Assembly: GCA_964625825.1 (NCBI GenBank)
Contig: CAZVFJ010000007.1
Span: forward strand, 1-35,418
DNA from: an uncultured Leptospirales bacterium
Lineage (GTDB): Bacteria; Spirochaetota; UBA4802; UBA5550
Length of the DNA stretch: 35,418 nt
Direction of reading: 5' to 3'
This document shows positions 35,399 through 35,418 of the stretch, piece after piece. The position numbers were made by a program, and so were the translations under genes. The notes beneath the pieces were generated by a model. The model had not been told where the DNA came from. It did no database searches and was given only the letters and a program-made list of their open reading frames with translations. The first letter of the stretch is position 1, and each line of letters begins with the position of its first letter.

Positions 35399-35418
35399 GA
35401 ACAGCGTGGAGTGCAGAT

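Overview
This is a 35.4-kb AT-rich, densely packed chromosomal segment from a motile and probably anaerobic bacterium. The anaerobe guess rests on five radical-SAM enzymes, three of them long COG1032-type (B12-domain-like) enzymes, a small siroheme sulfite/nitrite reductase and a CBS-type family II pyrophosphatase. Lineage cannot be assigned from the sequence alone. I support about 39 protein-coding genes on both strands, 3 tRNAs (Ser-UGA, Ser-GCU, Arg-ACG), several Rho-independent terminators and a few operator-like palindromes. Housekeeping genes: icd, argB, queE, a UDP-sugar pyrophosphorylase, two RNA methyltransferases, mntP, pyrophosphatase. Motility and signalling genes: motAB, a PilZ/YcgR-like gene, a PAS-GGDEF cyclase, an HD-GYP phosphodiesterase and an 834-aa protein with a degenerate GGDEF domain. 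Regulators: MarR, TetR, XRE and a STAS protein. I saw no rRNA, CRISPR array, transposase, integrase, phage gene or recognisable defence or toxin-antitoxin module. I therefore cannot point to a clear-cut novel system. The candidates most worth follow-up are: (1) a protein gene packed between tRNAs with 16-nt and 2-nt gaps; (2) an unannotated unit after tetR, made of a 16-bp perfect palindrome, a 38-codon ORF and a strong terminator, upstream of an RNA-methyltransferase operon; (3) a tight STAS / twin-CX3C lipoprotein / DUF2784 / B12-radical-SAM operon; (4) a motif-degenerate PilZ-like gene coupled to a Ca2+/Na+ antiporter next to motAB; (5) the 834-aa degenerate-GGDEF protein; (6) a radical-SAM gene followed by an unannotated 53-codon ORF. 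All family assignments come from motif recognition by eye and need HMM or BLAST confirmation.
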